DNA of 64,000 nt from Balanoglossus misakiensis (lineage: Eukaryota > Animalia > Hemichordata): NCBI GenBank assembly GCA_040954595.2, contig CM082590.2, forward strand, positions 7,068,001 through 7,132,000, read 5' to 3'. Shown piece after piece: positions 25,201 to 40,000 of this stretch; the first letter of the stretch is position 1; each line of letters opens with the position of its first letter. The notes beneath the pieces were generated by a model. It ran no database searches, had not been told where the DNA came from, and saw nothing but the letters and a program-made list of their open reading frames with translations. The position numbers and the translations under genes were made by a program.

Positions 25201-28200
25201 AACATAATTATCATGTATCAGTGCAGACCTGTTAATTTCCTACAAAGCATTGTAACTTTTTATCATCATTCTAATTTACTTTGAAATACCATGTATTGGT
25301 TGGCAGGGTCTCCCTGAACAGTTGTGAACAGTTGGAGCAATGCCAAAGATATGTAAATTCTATAAATGGAAATGTCCCATAATACACACAAATATAAATA
25401 ATATAATTATCATGTGTATCAAGTGTAGACCTGTTCATTTCATACTCGATCATTGTTTGTATAATAGAGGTGTTGATTTAGAGCAATTTGAAGAACCCCT
25501 GACTTTCCATACACATGGCTTTCTACATTCATAACATACAGGTTATATCACTTAATTTCCTTGCTATTGGTATATCATGGCATTGTTTTAGCATCATTTT
25601 ACAAACCTTGACAAAACAATCCATTGCTTTCGAAACCATTGTTGCATATGCAGAGGTAATCGCCTTCGATGTTTAAGCAGTACGAGTTCTCCGGGCAGGA
25701 GAAGGTTGAAACATCAGCACACTCGTCCTTGTCTGTCGGTTAGAAGGTAGATTTCAGGATAAAATTAAAATTGGATGAATGAACAGAAACATTACTGTTC
25801 AATTAAGTTGGAAAAGAGACATGAACTGGTACTATTTCATATTAAAATCTGGTCTCATATCATTCAGCCTTACATGCAATACCACTATTTTGTAAAAGAC
25901 AAAAATAAACCACATTTTTTTCTTGTCTAGAGAGAGTGCAAAATTCCAGATTTTTATCGACTTTTCCAGAATTTAAACTCATGCCAAAAATGGGTTGTGG
26001 AAGAGTCTTATTAGCAAAGGACAATAACCTTCAATGTACATTTTCCCATTGTCTTATACTTTCCCATATGGTGGTGCACTTTTATGCATGTCCACACAAG
26101 TAAATACATGTGATTGTTTAGATCTCCATTATCCATGGTAACTAAATAAAGACATATAAGCGGCCAAACCATGATGAAAATATGACCACGTACCTGTACA
26201 TTGCAAACCATCTCCTGTGTAGCCATCTTTGCATACACACGAGTACCCACCATGTTGAGTCCTTGTACAGAATGCATCAGCATGGCACGTGATACCAGTC
26301 GTGCAGTTTGTGTTAGCTGAATACAAAAAAAAAAACCTTGTTATTCGCGTGTCTGAATATAAGCGTTTTTTCATCCGAGGCTGTGGGCATGGGTCCAATA
26401 AAAACACAGTTGCTAGCAAGTCAAAATGTGGGCAAAGTGTAACTGCTCCTGTTTTTACATCATTGCAAATAACGTGCGCTGTTGTTACTTTGTATTGCCC
26501 ACTGTTGTACATGGCAAAAAAATGTGTTATTATTTCTTATAACATTTGAAAGTTATCACATTTGAAAATTGAATTGAATTGAAATGGAAAATTGAATTGA
26601 ATTGAACTAAAAAGTTACTTTGACATAACATGTGCCATTTTGCAGGGCTCTGTAAACAGTGGGGACAATGCTGATGGTGTGATTATAAACAGAAAAGTTG
26701 TACAAATGCAGTAACAATATCTTGTATTGCAGATTCATATAGCTGTATACTTACGTTCGCAGTCGAAACCATCGCCTTTGAATCCCGCTTTACATATGCA
26801 GTCGTAGCTACCGTCTGTGTTGTAGCATGCTGCGTCCTGGTGACATGGCGACGCATAACCATCAGAGCACTCGTCGATGTCTGCAACAGAAACAAATAAA
26901 TCTCAAGAAGCTGTATATTTTCCAGAAAAAAAATCAGTGTCTCAAATTTCAATAATTAGCTACATAAAGGTATGCAAGTTTGTTTTGAAAACAAAGACGA
27001 AGACAAGTGTTCACCATCCTGTTTTCATGAAAATCACTACTCTGATTTTTCTCCATAGACTTAACACAGAAATTGGCGGCCATTTTGAATTTCACATTTG
27101 AGAATCATTTAGTCTCTCATCAAAAATTTTGCATGGTGACTCCTATTCTTTTAATCCAATAATCTTAGTGTCGAACAAGGTTTATGACGTCTGTACAAAC
27201 CTTCACATTCCCATCCATTACCAGCATAGCCTTCTTGACACATACAAGCAAACGAGCCGTTGAAATTGATGCAGTGGGCGTTGACATGGCAACCACTGAC
27301 CAAGGGGTTCAGACACTCGTTGACATCGTAGCAATGGCCGCCATCACCAATGTATCCATGTTCACACTGGCAGGTGTAAGAACCGGGCTCGTTTACACAG
27401 GCCGAATTCGGAGGACAAAAGTAGTCACCAGTGAGACATTCATTATCGTCTATGAAAACAAAACAAAATAAAACAAAACAAAATGTATCATTTAAATAAC
27501 ATCTCATTTATTCTTTAAGGGACAAAGTCTCTCTCTCGCTGCCCCTTTTCCATTAATTAAGTTTGATACAAGACACCGTTAGGCGTTTAGGTTATTCTAC
27601 GTGTGAATATATAGTGAAACAACATTTGACCACACATAACTTCCATCCCACTTGTATGATATGAGAGTAAAACTTGCCCAAAATGAATAAATGGTAAAGA
27701 ACGATTATTCATTTAGGCGAGTTTTTTCACTCTCCTGTCTACAAGTGGGATGGAAGATGTGTGTGGTCGACATTGATTCACTATATATCCACATGTAGAA
27801 TAACATAAACAGTGTCTTGTATCACACATAATTAATGGAAAAAGGGCAGTGAGAGACTGAGACTTATTCCCTTTAACAATAAATCTTGTCGTCAGATACA
27901 TAACCTATGTCATCATATGGAATACACAAGCGACCAAGGTTGGTATTTGTTCTGTAAGAGACATAACATAACTATTTTCCTAGCTTTTGTAACACACACT
28001 GGTAAAATAGTCTGTGTGATTTTGACACCAGTCATTGCATCTGTGCTTTAAGACCTTGTTTTCTGAGAAGTAGGAAAGTATGACGTTCTCAATGTACAAT
28101 GCTAGTTGATTTTACATGTATGGTGCACTTACCGAAACAAATCTGTCCATTGCCAGTGTACCCTTGGTTACAGACACACTTATGGCCGCCATCGACGTCA

Positions 28201-31200
28201 TGACAGGTCGCAAACGGCGAGCAAGAATGTTCTCCTTCCGAACATTTGATCTCTGAAAAAGAAACAGTGCCTTAAAACATCAACTGATAATTCATGCAAC
28301 AACAGTCGTTTCCTTCACATACATCTCCACAACAATTTCTACATGTAAATATGCAAGTTCCTGGAGGATGGCAAAAATGTGCAATACGATCATTTTGGAA
28401 CTACTACTACTATACTACCGTTAAAGTCATTTTATAAGACACACCTTTTTTGAGTGACAGTTTGTGCCGAAAAGGGGGTGCGACTTATAATGCCAATATT
28501 CTGTTGTATTCATTTCCTTAAAATCTCCTCCCAAACAAGTCTTTCAAAGAAGGGGTGTGACTTATAATACCGCCGCGACTTATAAAATGACTTTATTTCT
28601 TAAAAGTACACCATGGTAGACTTCATCTCAGTGCTCTGTACACATCTATAACTACTGCGCGTTTTGTGGTTGTTACCCTTTGCATGCAAATACACTTGTC
28701 TTGTTTCAGTTATAAGAAAGTGGTGTTTATAGTCAATTTTCAATGTTCCACTTATATCATTCCTGAAGACAAAATGTATACCCATTCTTTTTCTTGGCGA
28801 ACCCAGGATCTATTTAGATCTGATATATTGCCGACTGTGACTTAAAGATGAAGTAAAGAAAAGACGGAAAACAACGAAACGCCCTTACCGGTGCAGAAGA
28901 GCCCGTTTCCATAGAGGCCGCTGTTACACTCACACCTATATGAGCCTTCAGTGTTAATGCATGTGCCATAGACATGGCAAACTCCATCCTGTTCACATTC
29001 GTCAATATCTGAAAAAGTAAATTTATTGCTTAAAATGCGTATTTGTCATCACATGTACTGGTACATGTAACAATTCCTCCATATACATGCCTGATATAAT
29101 ATTCAATATCATTCTCACAACAGCATTTATATACCGTACAAGTCAAGCCCCCTTACTACATAAGATTTCAGTCATATGCAAAATATACCGAATGATCTGA
29201 TACTACTGTAAAACACTTTATTTTCGCGAGCAATTAATTTTCGCCAAATACGCGAGAGCCAAAATAGCGTGAAAATAAAAAGTCGCGTAAATTCGTTTTT
29301 GAAGATAACGATGCAGTGAATGAATAAGAGAACACGAAAATTAATACTCGCAAAACAGTGGCCTCTCTCGATATCGCGAAAAATTTAACTCGCGAAAATA
29401 AAGTGTTTTACAGTATATCCTTAAATTATTGCCTTTGTAATGGTTCATCATCAAATATGTACTTACCAATGCAGTGATAGGGGGCCTTCTTGGAGATCTT
29501 ATAACCATCACCACAGAGATCATCAGCTGGTTGCATGACTGAAAATAAAAAATTAAACTATTAGCAATGCGTATACTACTAAATTATGTATCAACCACAT
29601 AACATTATTTTCCTGTACGTTTTCATATTCCATTTACCAGAATACAAAAGGGTGGACAAACTTGACATAAATTCAGCTTTTATTCAGGATGGCATCAAGA
29701 GGGAGGATATGTCCCCCTTTGCCAGAATATTTTTTTTTTTTTTTTTTTTTTTTTTTGGGGGGGGGATTCCACTCTGGTAAGGGGGAATGTAATATCTCTA
29801 ACATGTAAGTGACATCATTTTAAGGGGAACTGGTCCCCCCTTGACAAATTGCTAGAGGGTGCCAACATGCCAACAGGGGGTGAATCCCCCATCCCCCCTT
29901 CTAGATGAAACACTGCAAATTACTTGGACTTTGTTACCTAGACACATTCTTCCATCTCCAGAATAACCCTCGACGCAAGAACATTCAAATCCTCCGTCTG
30001 TGTTCTCGCACGTTGCCATGAAGTGACAATCTACATCTGTTGTTTCACATTCGTCAATATCTGCAAAGTGATACAATATGCATTATCCTCATGGCGAGAT
30101 CTTGATTAATGGCCATAGTAACGGGTTGCTAGCAAAATGATATACAACAAGCCTTCATGTTATTCTACACGTGGATATATAGTGAATCAACGTTCGACCA
30201 CACACAACTTCCATCCCGTTTGTATGATATCAGAGTAAAAACGCGCCCAAAATGAATAATCAGTCTTTACTATTTATTCATTTTGGCAAGATATTTACTC
30301 TCATATCATACAAACGGGATGGAAGTTGTGTATAGTCGAATGTTGATTCACTATATATCCACATGTAGAATAACATAAACAGTGTCTTGTATCAAACATA
30401 ATTAATGGAAAAAGGGCAGCGAGAGAGACTGTCCCTTTAAGTAGAATAGGAGCAAAGATTCAAAAAGGTTATTTTGTGTCATTTGATGTGTTCTTCATCC
30501 TGTGTCACATGACAATGACCTTCCATATCATGCATATAAACTGCCCAGAACAAGCAGGGTCACACTAGTGTTCAGAAAATGGACGATTATAATCTGAAGT
30601 CCCTATGCTCCATGTCCAAACGTCAAGCTGAGACAAGACATAACACAATAATCACAGCTTACCTACACACTGGTTTCCTTCCTTCTGATATCCATCGGGA
30701 CACGCACAGTAATAACTACCCTGGGTGTTAACACATTGCAAGAGTACATCTGTGTAACAAGGCAGGACCAACCTATCACATTCATCGATGTCTAAAATAA
30801 AAAAATAAAAAACCTGTTTATTTGTTCGGTTAATTCAGTGTTAAATACCGGTATTACTTGTTTGCTTGGAAATTATTTTAGCGAAGCAAAGCAAAAATGT
30901 CTGTGTATTTGAGTGGCAAAATAAAGTTTGGTATGTAGTTGTTATCTGATTTCTGATTAAACAAATAGAAGACTACGTTTAATCGAAAGGCAAACAAAAA
31001 TACAAGAAAGCATTAATGTGACAATTTTATATTTCTTTCTATTGCGACAAAGTGTACATGCTACGAATTACCACTACTGAACCATTAGTACAGTTAATGA
31101 CATCATAGTTTGCACAGTGCAACCAAAATTCATTTCATGGCAGAATGGTTCTATAATATGTATATTATCGTACCTATGCAGGACAGTAGTCCATCGCCTT

Positions 31201-34200
31201 CAAATCCAGTCTTGCATCGACAAACTGAATTTCCCAGGTAGTCGTTCGTGCAGAAGGCATCTGGATGGCAGTCGTCTCTCATTTGATCACAATTATTCTT
31301 TTCTGCAAATATCATAATTATATATCACATTATATAGTCTAGTCTAGAATAGTATAGTACATTTCATTATAGTATAATATGCACTGCAGTACAGTACAGT
31401 ACAGTACAGTGCACTGCAGTACAGTACAGTACAGTATGGCATGGATGGTACAATACAGTAAAGTATAGAATATAATACGGAACAGCATACTACAGTATAG
31501 TATATTTAGTATAGTGTACTGGTAGTGATGTGTAGTGTAGTGTATTGTAGCTTAGTGTAGTGTAGTATTGGCAGTACAAGTTGGTATTGAAAGCAATTTT
31601 TTGAGAAATAAGTCGACTGGATGGTATATAAGATTTCCCATGCCACACAAGAATAACGTGAATAGTAACAGACATGACAAATAGATTTATGCAATTTTCA
31701 TACTGGAAGATGGGACGGATTCGATCCTTACCTAAACATGCTCCACCGACCATCTCATAATTACTGAAACACTCGCAATCGTAATCACCATCTCTGTTAC
31801 GACAGTTGGAATTGTCAGGGCAATTGTGGCTTTGTTCTCTACATTCGTCAATATCTGTGGAAGAAAAAATATTATACACGTCACAGCAATATATACATTG
31901 TATGTACAAAACAGGCCTCACAAAATTGTGGTAAAAATGTTTCTGTAAATCATCTTCAATTCTGACATGATCGAGACATATATGTACTACAGAAAAGTGT
32001 AATCCAAAACTGTTGTATGAATCGTTCTTCCATAACCATCGCCTGTGCAACAAGTGAACATTATATTACACACGTCACTGCGATATCTGCAAAATACAAA
32101 CCTCACAAAATTCTGGTCAAAATGTTTCTGAAAATCAGGTACATGCTCTGATCAACACAAGACAGATATGCGTACTACAGAAACATTTAATCCAAGACTG
32201 TCACATGAATTGTATGTCCATATATAACCCTCACCGTCGCCATCAATCTATCCTTCAGTGACTATTATCTCCCTACGAAGTACAAATCACATCAGCGGAA
32301 CTGTGTAACAGTCTAACCAGAAATGTAAAGCAATTCGCAATTTCCATTACATATGTTTTGGTATTTCCGTCTACCTCATTGTAGAAAATTTATTATACAT
32401 ACCGACACAGTTACCAGAACCATCTTTTTCGTATCCCTCTGCACAGAGACATTTGAACGAACCCACAAGATTGACACACGAAGCACCGTCTGAGCAAGAA
32501 TCCCCAGCTAAACATTCATCTATGTCTGAAACAGAATACAATATATACTGTGAATAAATTACATGAATGTACTTTATCATTATCATCTTTTTGTCTTCTG
32601 TCATAGTACATGATAGGTAAAATGTACACAATGAATGCTTGTGGCCTTTTTGAGAATTTTTTTAAGGAATGCATGATAGATTCAACAAAACGCCGATGTT
32701 ATCACACAATATACCTTTCAGTGTTTCTGTCATGGAATCTCAAAATTACCAATATCCAGTAGTGTACTTAAAACTGAGTATGCAGACTACAATTAAGAGT
32801 GGGCATGACAGCAACTGAAGATCCCAGTAGGTCGTGGCGACTGCAGTGGGGTTTGTGCTGGTATGGGAGGACATATTCTCATCAAGGGGGGACACCCACG
32901 TGGCGCGACGACCCCTTCCCTTTAGCATAGACTGGGATTGACAGCAACTGAAGATCCTAGTAGGTCGTGGCGACTGCAGTGGGGTTTGTGCTGGTATGGG
33001 AGGACATATTCCCATCAAAGGGGGACACCCACGCGGCGTGACGCGTTATAGTCATAATGATAAAATATTATCTTACCATCGCATACAGTTCCATCACCCA
33101 CAAAACCATCATCGCATGCGCAATGGAAGCTGTCAAAAGTGTCCACGCATATACAACCATAGTCTGTACAGCAGTTGTGTTCGCCTGTAGCACACTCATC
33201 CACATCTAAGGAGAAACACAAGAAGTAATGTAATTTCATATCTCCAACAACAAAATGCTAGTGGGGCAGCAGTTCTGATTGGTGTTCAATCTTTTGGATT
33301 GGCAGCACACAAAAAACATTCTATAGATATGGGGTAAGCTTTTAGAATTCTATATCTTTAGAATTTTTATAGAAGTTCCTATAATTTCTATGGATATGTA
33401 CCGTATACATATTTCTAGGTATATTTGGACTCTTTTTATTAATGTAGAAGCATCACAATATTTAGAACGTTAAAGAACTATACAAACCATTTTTGCAAGG
33501 GTTGCTGTAAATACTGAGGATGGTTAATATAATGTTTTGTAAGCTAAATAAAACCCCAAACAAAATTCTGAAAAGATCTCATCTCATACAACTCACCTCC
33601 ACAGACAAAGCCATCACCAACAGTTCCAGCTTCGCATCGACAGAGGAAACTGCCTTCTGTGTTTGTACAAGTGGCTCTGGTATCACATGGATTGGTTGTA
33701 CACTCATCGATATCTGTTGTTAACATGGGTCAACAAGACGAGAACATATGTCAATCTCTGTTTTTACAAATCAAGTGTCTTTAATTACCACAGTGATGCT
33801 AGTTATTGTGTCACCAATTTCAAGTTCATATATATGATGCCCAATGGTCATTCTCCTACTACTATACAGACTGCAAAAACTTCATACCTTTTGTATAAGC
33901 CACATACCATATCAAGAATTTCCATTGTGGCATAACAAAATACATGGATATTTTCCGTACAATACAAAACAGTATTAACATGCCAATACATGTATTCTCC
34001 TGTTGTTTAAACTAATATATCACATATGCAGAAAATAAGAATTTAAATTATGCACATAAAATGACGCATAAATATTTTTAAATACAATACAATACAATGT
34101 ATTACAATACAATGACGTTTTTACATGTATAATTAGTATAACTACCTATGCATGTGCTTCCTTGTTGATCAAACCCATCATCACATATGCAGGAATACGA

Positions 34201-37040
34201 GCCTTCTTCGTTCTGGCAGTGGGAATGTATCGGGCAGTCATCGAGATTTGCGTGGCATTCGTCGATATCTGCACATTACAAAAGCAAGGCAAATGTCAAA
34301 GAGGTTAATGTCTACTTTGTGTTAGTACTTTGAGATGGTTTATTGTACCCTTAAATTATGTTACAGTAAAGCATTGCTTAGTTATAGACAGTTAAGGCTT
34401 AGGGAATATTTCACAATATTTAAAGTTATATATCAGGATAGGAGGAAGGTACATCACTTTGCAAACTACACAATACGACTAGACGCCATATAACATAACA
34501 CTGCACTATAAAATACAGCACAACACAACACAAACTCACATTCAAACACAAACTAAAGGGAACACAACACAACACAATAAAACACATCACAACACAACAC
34601 AGCACAAAACAACACAAACTCACATTGAAACACAAACTAAAGGGAACACAACACAATAAAACACATCACAACACAACACAGCACAAAACAACACAAACTC
34701 ACATTCAAACACAAACTAAACGGAACACAACACAACACAATAAAACACATCACAACACAACACAGCACAAAACAACACAAACTCAAATTGAAACACAAAC
34801 TAAACGCAACACAACACAAAACAACACAACGCAATATAACACATCACAACACAGCACAAAACAACACAAACTCACATTCAAACACAAACTAAACGGAACA
34901 CAACACAACACAATAAAACACATCACAACACAACACAGCACAAAACAACACAAACTCAAATTGAAACACAAACTAAACGCAACACAACACAAAACAACAC
35001 AACGCAATATAACACATCACAACACAGCACAAAACAACACAAACTCGCATTGAAACACAAACTAAACGCAACACAACACAACGCAACACAACGCAATATA
35101 ACACATCACAACACAACACATCACAACACAAACTCAAATTGAAACACAAACTAAACGCAACACAACACAACGCAACACAACGCAATATAACACATCACAA
35201 CACAACACATCACAACACAAACTCAAATTGAAACACAAACTAAACGCAACACAACACAAAACAACACAACGCAATATAACACATCACAACACAAGCTCAA
35301 ATTCAATTTCAAACACAAACTCAACACATCACAAGACATTTCACATACCAACACAGCTTCTTCCATCCCCCATGAATCCCTCCTGACAAACACAGATGTA
35401 AGAACCAGGCTTATTAATACAGTCTGCGTTGACGTCACACTTATTCAGCTCCACTGCACACTCGTCCACATCTGCAAACAATCAGAATAAAATTAGATTT
35501 GTATTTAATGCATGGTTCAGTCAAATACAGTAAAACACTTTATTTCCGCGAGTTGAAATTTTCGCGATATCGAGAGAGGCCACTGTTTCGCGAGTATTAA
35601 TTTTCACGTTCTCTTATTTCATTCACTGCATCGTTATCTTCAAAAAAATTATGCAACTTTTTATTTTCACGCTATTTTGGCTGTCGTGTATTTCGCGAAA
35701 ATAAAGTGTTTTACAGTATACTAAAACGAAAGTCTGCTTAATAATGTCCACTTGCCATCTAAAATTCTTATCCATAAAAGTGATACTGAGGATGAAGGCT
35801 ATATTTTTAGAATTTCATTGTACACATTGCTTGCATGGTTAATTCATTTTCTCAGGAAATTGCATATGTTTAAGACAGACATCCATAAAACCTTGCTATG
35901 TACCAGTGTCATCAAGATCAGGAGGTTGCTTAACAATACACGTCAAACAGTGTCTCTCCCTGACAATCCCGTGGAGGAAACTGTTTATTGGATTGAGTGT
36001 CCTGGGTGTGACGTCAAATAGCAATCATAAACCAACCTTCACATGTGTATCCATCGCCGGCGTAACCCACCAGACAGTGACAGAAGTGACTTCCCCAACT
36101 GTTAACACACATAGCATTTCTGCTGCATTGGTTGAGTCCGTGGGTACATTCATTGACATCTAAAAATAAATAAAAACGATTTTGTCTAATAAGAGTAAAC
36201 AGGAAAACAATATTTATGGCATTTTATCTGGATAGATTGACATTTGCATATTTTTGTTTTACATTGAATTGCTAGTTTACATTCTTTATCAAAAGGTCAA
36301 TTATACTTACCAGGAATACTGCAGTTGGCACTACACTGTTTTTAAAAACTCCAAAGTATATTTTTATTGTTGTTGTTTTTTGTATATTTCAGTGGCTTGT
36401 AAAGGAATACAAATCTGACAAAACTCGATACACAGCATTCGAATTGAAGCATACTTGCTTTGGTGGTCTTTCAAATTGATGTGTAAGAACACAATTATCT
36501 GCCTTAGTCGTCAAATACATTCAGATATATTTTGTAGTTTTGAACTTTTTGTTCAGCCATATAAAAATATTTATTTTATATATTTGTTAATTTGAACTTT
36601 TTGTTTAGTCATATTAAAAATATTTGTTATAAATTTGTAATTTATAATTCATGTTTAGTTGTTCACAAAATATTTGAACTAAGATTCTTACCAGCGCAAT
36701 GGTTGCCATCGCCTCGAGTGCCTTCGTTACAGACACATCTGTAAGAACCCGCTGTGTTAATACATTCAGCATTATATCCGCAATACGCCATGTCGTACAT
36801 ACATTCATTTATTTCTGTGGATAAGAAAAAATGAAGATGCAAGTCAACTTTTTCTGTATTAATTCCTTCAATGTAATGTATTCTTATGACCAAAGAAATT
36901 ACATTATGCCATACTGCATGTACAATGTAAATGAAAACCCCAAACAATGTTCATATAGGCTAGACACTCTATACAATATGTATGTATGTATATGTGTGTG
37001 TGCATGTATGTATGTATATGTGTGTGTGCATGTATGTATG

Positions 37041-37074
<34 letters not shown>

Positions 37075-40000
37075 TGTATGTATGTATGCATGCACGCATG
37101 CATGCAAGTATGTGCATATGTGTGTCAATTAGCTATATAGAGCCCCATAGTTAATAATTCCCCACGAGATAAATCTGTTCTTCACAAAATATTATTTAAT
37201 TTATTTAATAGTGATATGGTTGTAGCAGTAAGCACTCCAGAAATCCTATTACCTTGACAACTTTCGCAATGCCCCAAGTATCCTTCTGCACATTCACACT
37301 TGAACCCAAATGGAAGATCTTTACAGACTGCGTTGGCCTGACAGTTGTCTCGTCCAATGTTGCATTCGTTTATACCTATAAGCAAAATAATGATTAAATT
37401 TACAAATACCTGAAGCAAGCTGCCTCATAAAGAGACTATAAACATTGAAAGAATTGTATTGCTTTTAAATGTCAATTGTAGTTCCATGTGATTGGCAAAT
37501 TTGTCTCCTGAATAGAAAGCTATTGCATTATATGGTACAATTTTAGTAACGGTGAGATCAGGACTTATGAAAGCTACTGTATCACACTTACTGTCGCAGT
37601 GTAATGTCGCCAGTTTTACTTTCTGGAAAACAGCACTGATAGCTATAGAATGCTATTGAACTCTAAAATGCGAGATCAGAACATGTGAAAGCTATTGTAT
37701 CCCAACTTACTGTCGCACAGTCTACCATTGCCAGTTTGACCTTCGGGACAACAACACTGATAGCTACCGATGGTGTTGGTGCAGACAGCATGCTGGTCAC
37801 ACTCATCAGTGCCTGTTGCACATTCATCAATGTCTGTTGGACAAAATGTGAGAAAAATGCCATAGTTAGTATTCTTTATTATCAATCACGTGATCTGGCC
37901 ATGTGATCCATGGCGTTGTCATTTCCAGATGACGGGCAAGCAATATTTCGGCATCCAGTAAAAGTTTTTCCGAGTATGTTTTTACTTTAGAACCGCCAGA
38001 TACGTAACATGTAATCTACTACTTAAGTATGGCCCTGATTTTTTTGGCAAAGCATTGCCTGTTAAAAAGCTTATTATCATAGTTAGTATTCTTTACTATC
38101 AATCATGTGATCTGGCCATGTGACCCACGGTGATGTCATTTTCAGATGACGGGCAAGCAATTTTTCGGCATCCAAGTTTTTCCGAATATGTTTTTACTTT
38201 AGAACCGCCAGATACGTAACATGTAATCTACTACTTAAGCATGGCCCTGATTTTTTTGGGCAAAGCATTGCCTGTTATAAAGCTTATGAAACACTTAATA
38301 TATGCACAATCAGAAATAGGCACAAACAGAAATATCTTACTGAACACAATATAAGCAGAACTTGAAAGCAAACATTTCCTCCAATACTGTTAGCTTTTTT
38401 CCTGACATCAGTTAGCACACACCCTTTCACCCCCACTTCCCTCTTTAGAGGTCCAACTTTACCATAGGAAACAATGGGTTTGGACTGAACTATTTACCTG
38501 TGCAGGTAACACCGTTTCCTTGGAATCCTGTCCAACAACTGCAGGTGAAACTACCAATTGTATTGATGCATTCAGCATGGATGTCGCAATTGTGGTCCCC
38601 AGTGTCACATTCATCAACATCTGAAACATAAAAAGCAGTGAGGATGCTAGATATTAAGAGTCATATAAGACTTACTGCTGAGTGTCAGATTTATAGTGCT
38701 CATGAATCTCTCATAACAACAAAATTTTGAATTGATGTGAAAAGGGAAAAAATGTTAAAAAGCAATGTGGATATTTAGTGGTATTGACATGAAGTTTGGT
38801 CGTTAACGCCTCGTATTCGAATGATGTGTCCGTATTTTTACGGACCATCACGAGTGGATTTCATTTCGTCAGTAATGGAGACAAGCCTTGGTATCATTGA
38901 TTTACCATGCTTGACTTAAAATAGGACCCTTACAAAAAATGTTCTATGGAGTTCTATTGCTTTCTATAGATTTTGATTCTTCTATAGAAATCAATAGGAA
39001 ACAGGTCCAAAATTACACAGAAATCTACAGATGCCCATACAAATTCTATAAATTTCTATAGAAATTCAATAGGCTGTAGAATGCTATAGATGTCTATAGA
39101 ATGTGTTTGTAAGGGGAGTAACATGGTTAACATGAAAACTCACCACCACAGAAGTAGCCATTTCCACTGTAGCCAACCTCACATGTGCATACATAGCTGC
39201 CAGGTAGATTATGGCATATGGCATTCGTGTCGCAGTACAGGGAGTATGTTTCACACTCGTCCGTGTCTACAAATAGACAAAGAGATACACGTTTATGGTA
39301 GAAATGGCATGATGAATTCAAATGCATGTAACTTCAAAGTATATCTGACCTTTAACTGCAAGCCAAAGTACACCTGTTTGCCGTTCTTTACCAGTTTACA
39401 ATACCATAAGACCAGTTTCTTCATTCATTTAGACCACCACCACCACAACCACCACCATCAGCATTACCATCAGCAGTACCACCACCACCACCACCGTCAC
39501 CATCATCATCATCATCATCAGCACCACCACCTTCCCCACCAACACCGCCATCCCCATCTTCGCGTAGTACCTGTAACCACCATTCTATTAGTTCCCCCTT
39601 TTGCCCTGGCTGCCCAGTAGCATAATATACATTCAATTCATTTTATGTTCACTTCTTTTCCTGGCTCTTGCTCACTTACCCTGACAAACGCCAAACGCAT
39701 TCTCTGTGTATCCCTCCTTGCATGGACAGGTAAAAGAGCCAGGTGTATTCAAACAACGTGATACAGCATGATCACAGTCGTCTGTCTGCTCCATACATTC
39801 ATCAACATCTGTTACCAAATGCAAGAAAGCATTATTATAATTATCATATTACCGGGTATTATTTGAACAAAATAACAGAATACAGAGTAACATTAAACAC
39901 TTTAACAGGTTTGAGTTTTGTGGATATATAGTGAATCAACGTTCGACCACACATGACTTTCATACTGTTTGCAGGATATGAGAGTAAAAATCTCGCCAAA

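Noticed and set aside
21740-25420. Short degenerate local duplications in introns (~21740-22010, 23960-24250, 25180-25440; also 3740-3910, 31870-32220)
   Set aside because: Ordinary slippage or tandem duplications without coding or splice-signal content.
34426-35438. Cys/Val-rich and Thr/Gln/His-rich ORFs
   Set aside because: Translations of an A/C-rich minisatellite within an intron.
39090-39636. Poly-His ORF (+) and Gly/Asp-rich ORF (-) as a possible extra exon
   Set aside because: A (CAC/CAT)n trinucleotide tract; there is an AG at ~39571 but no convincing donor giving a phase 1-1 exon.
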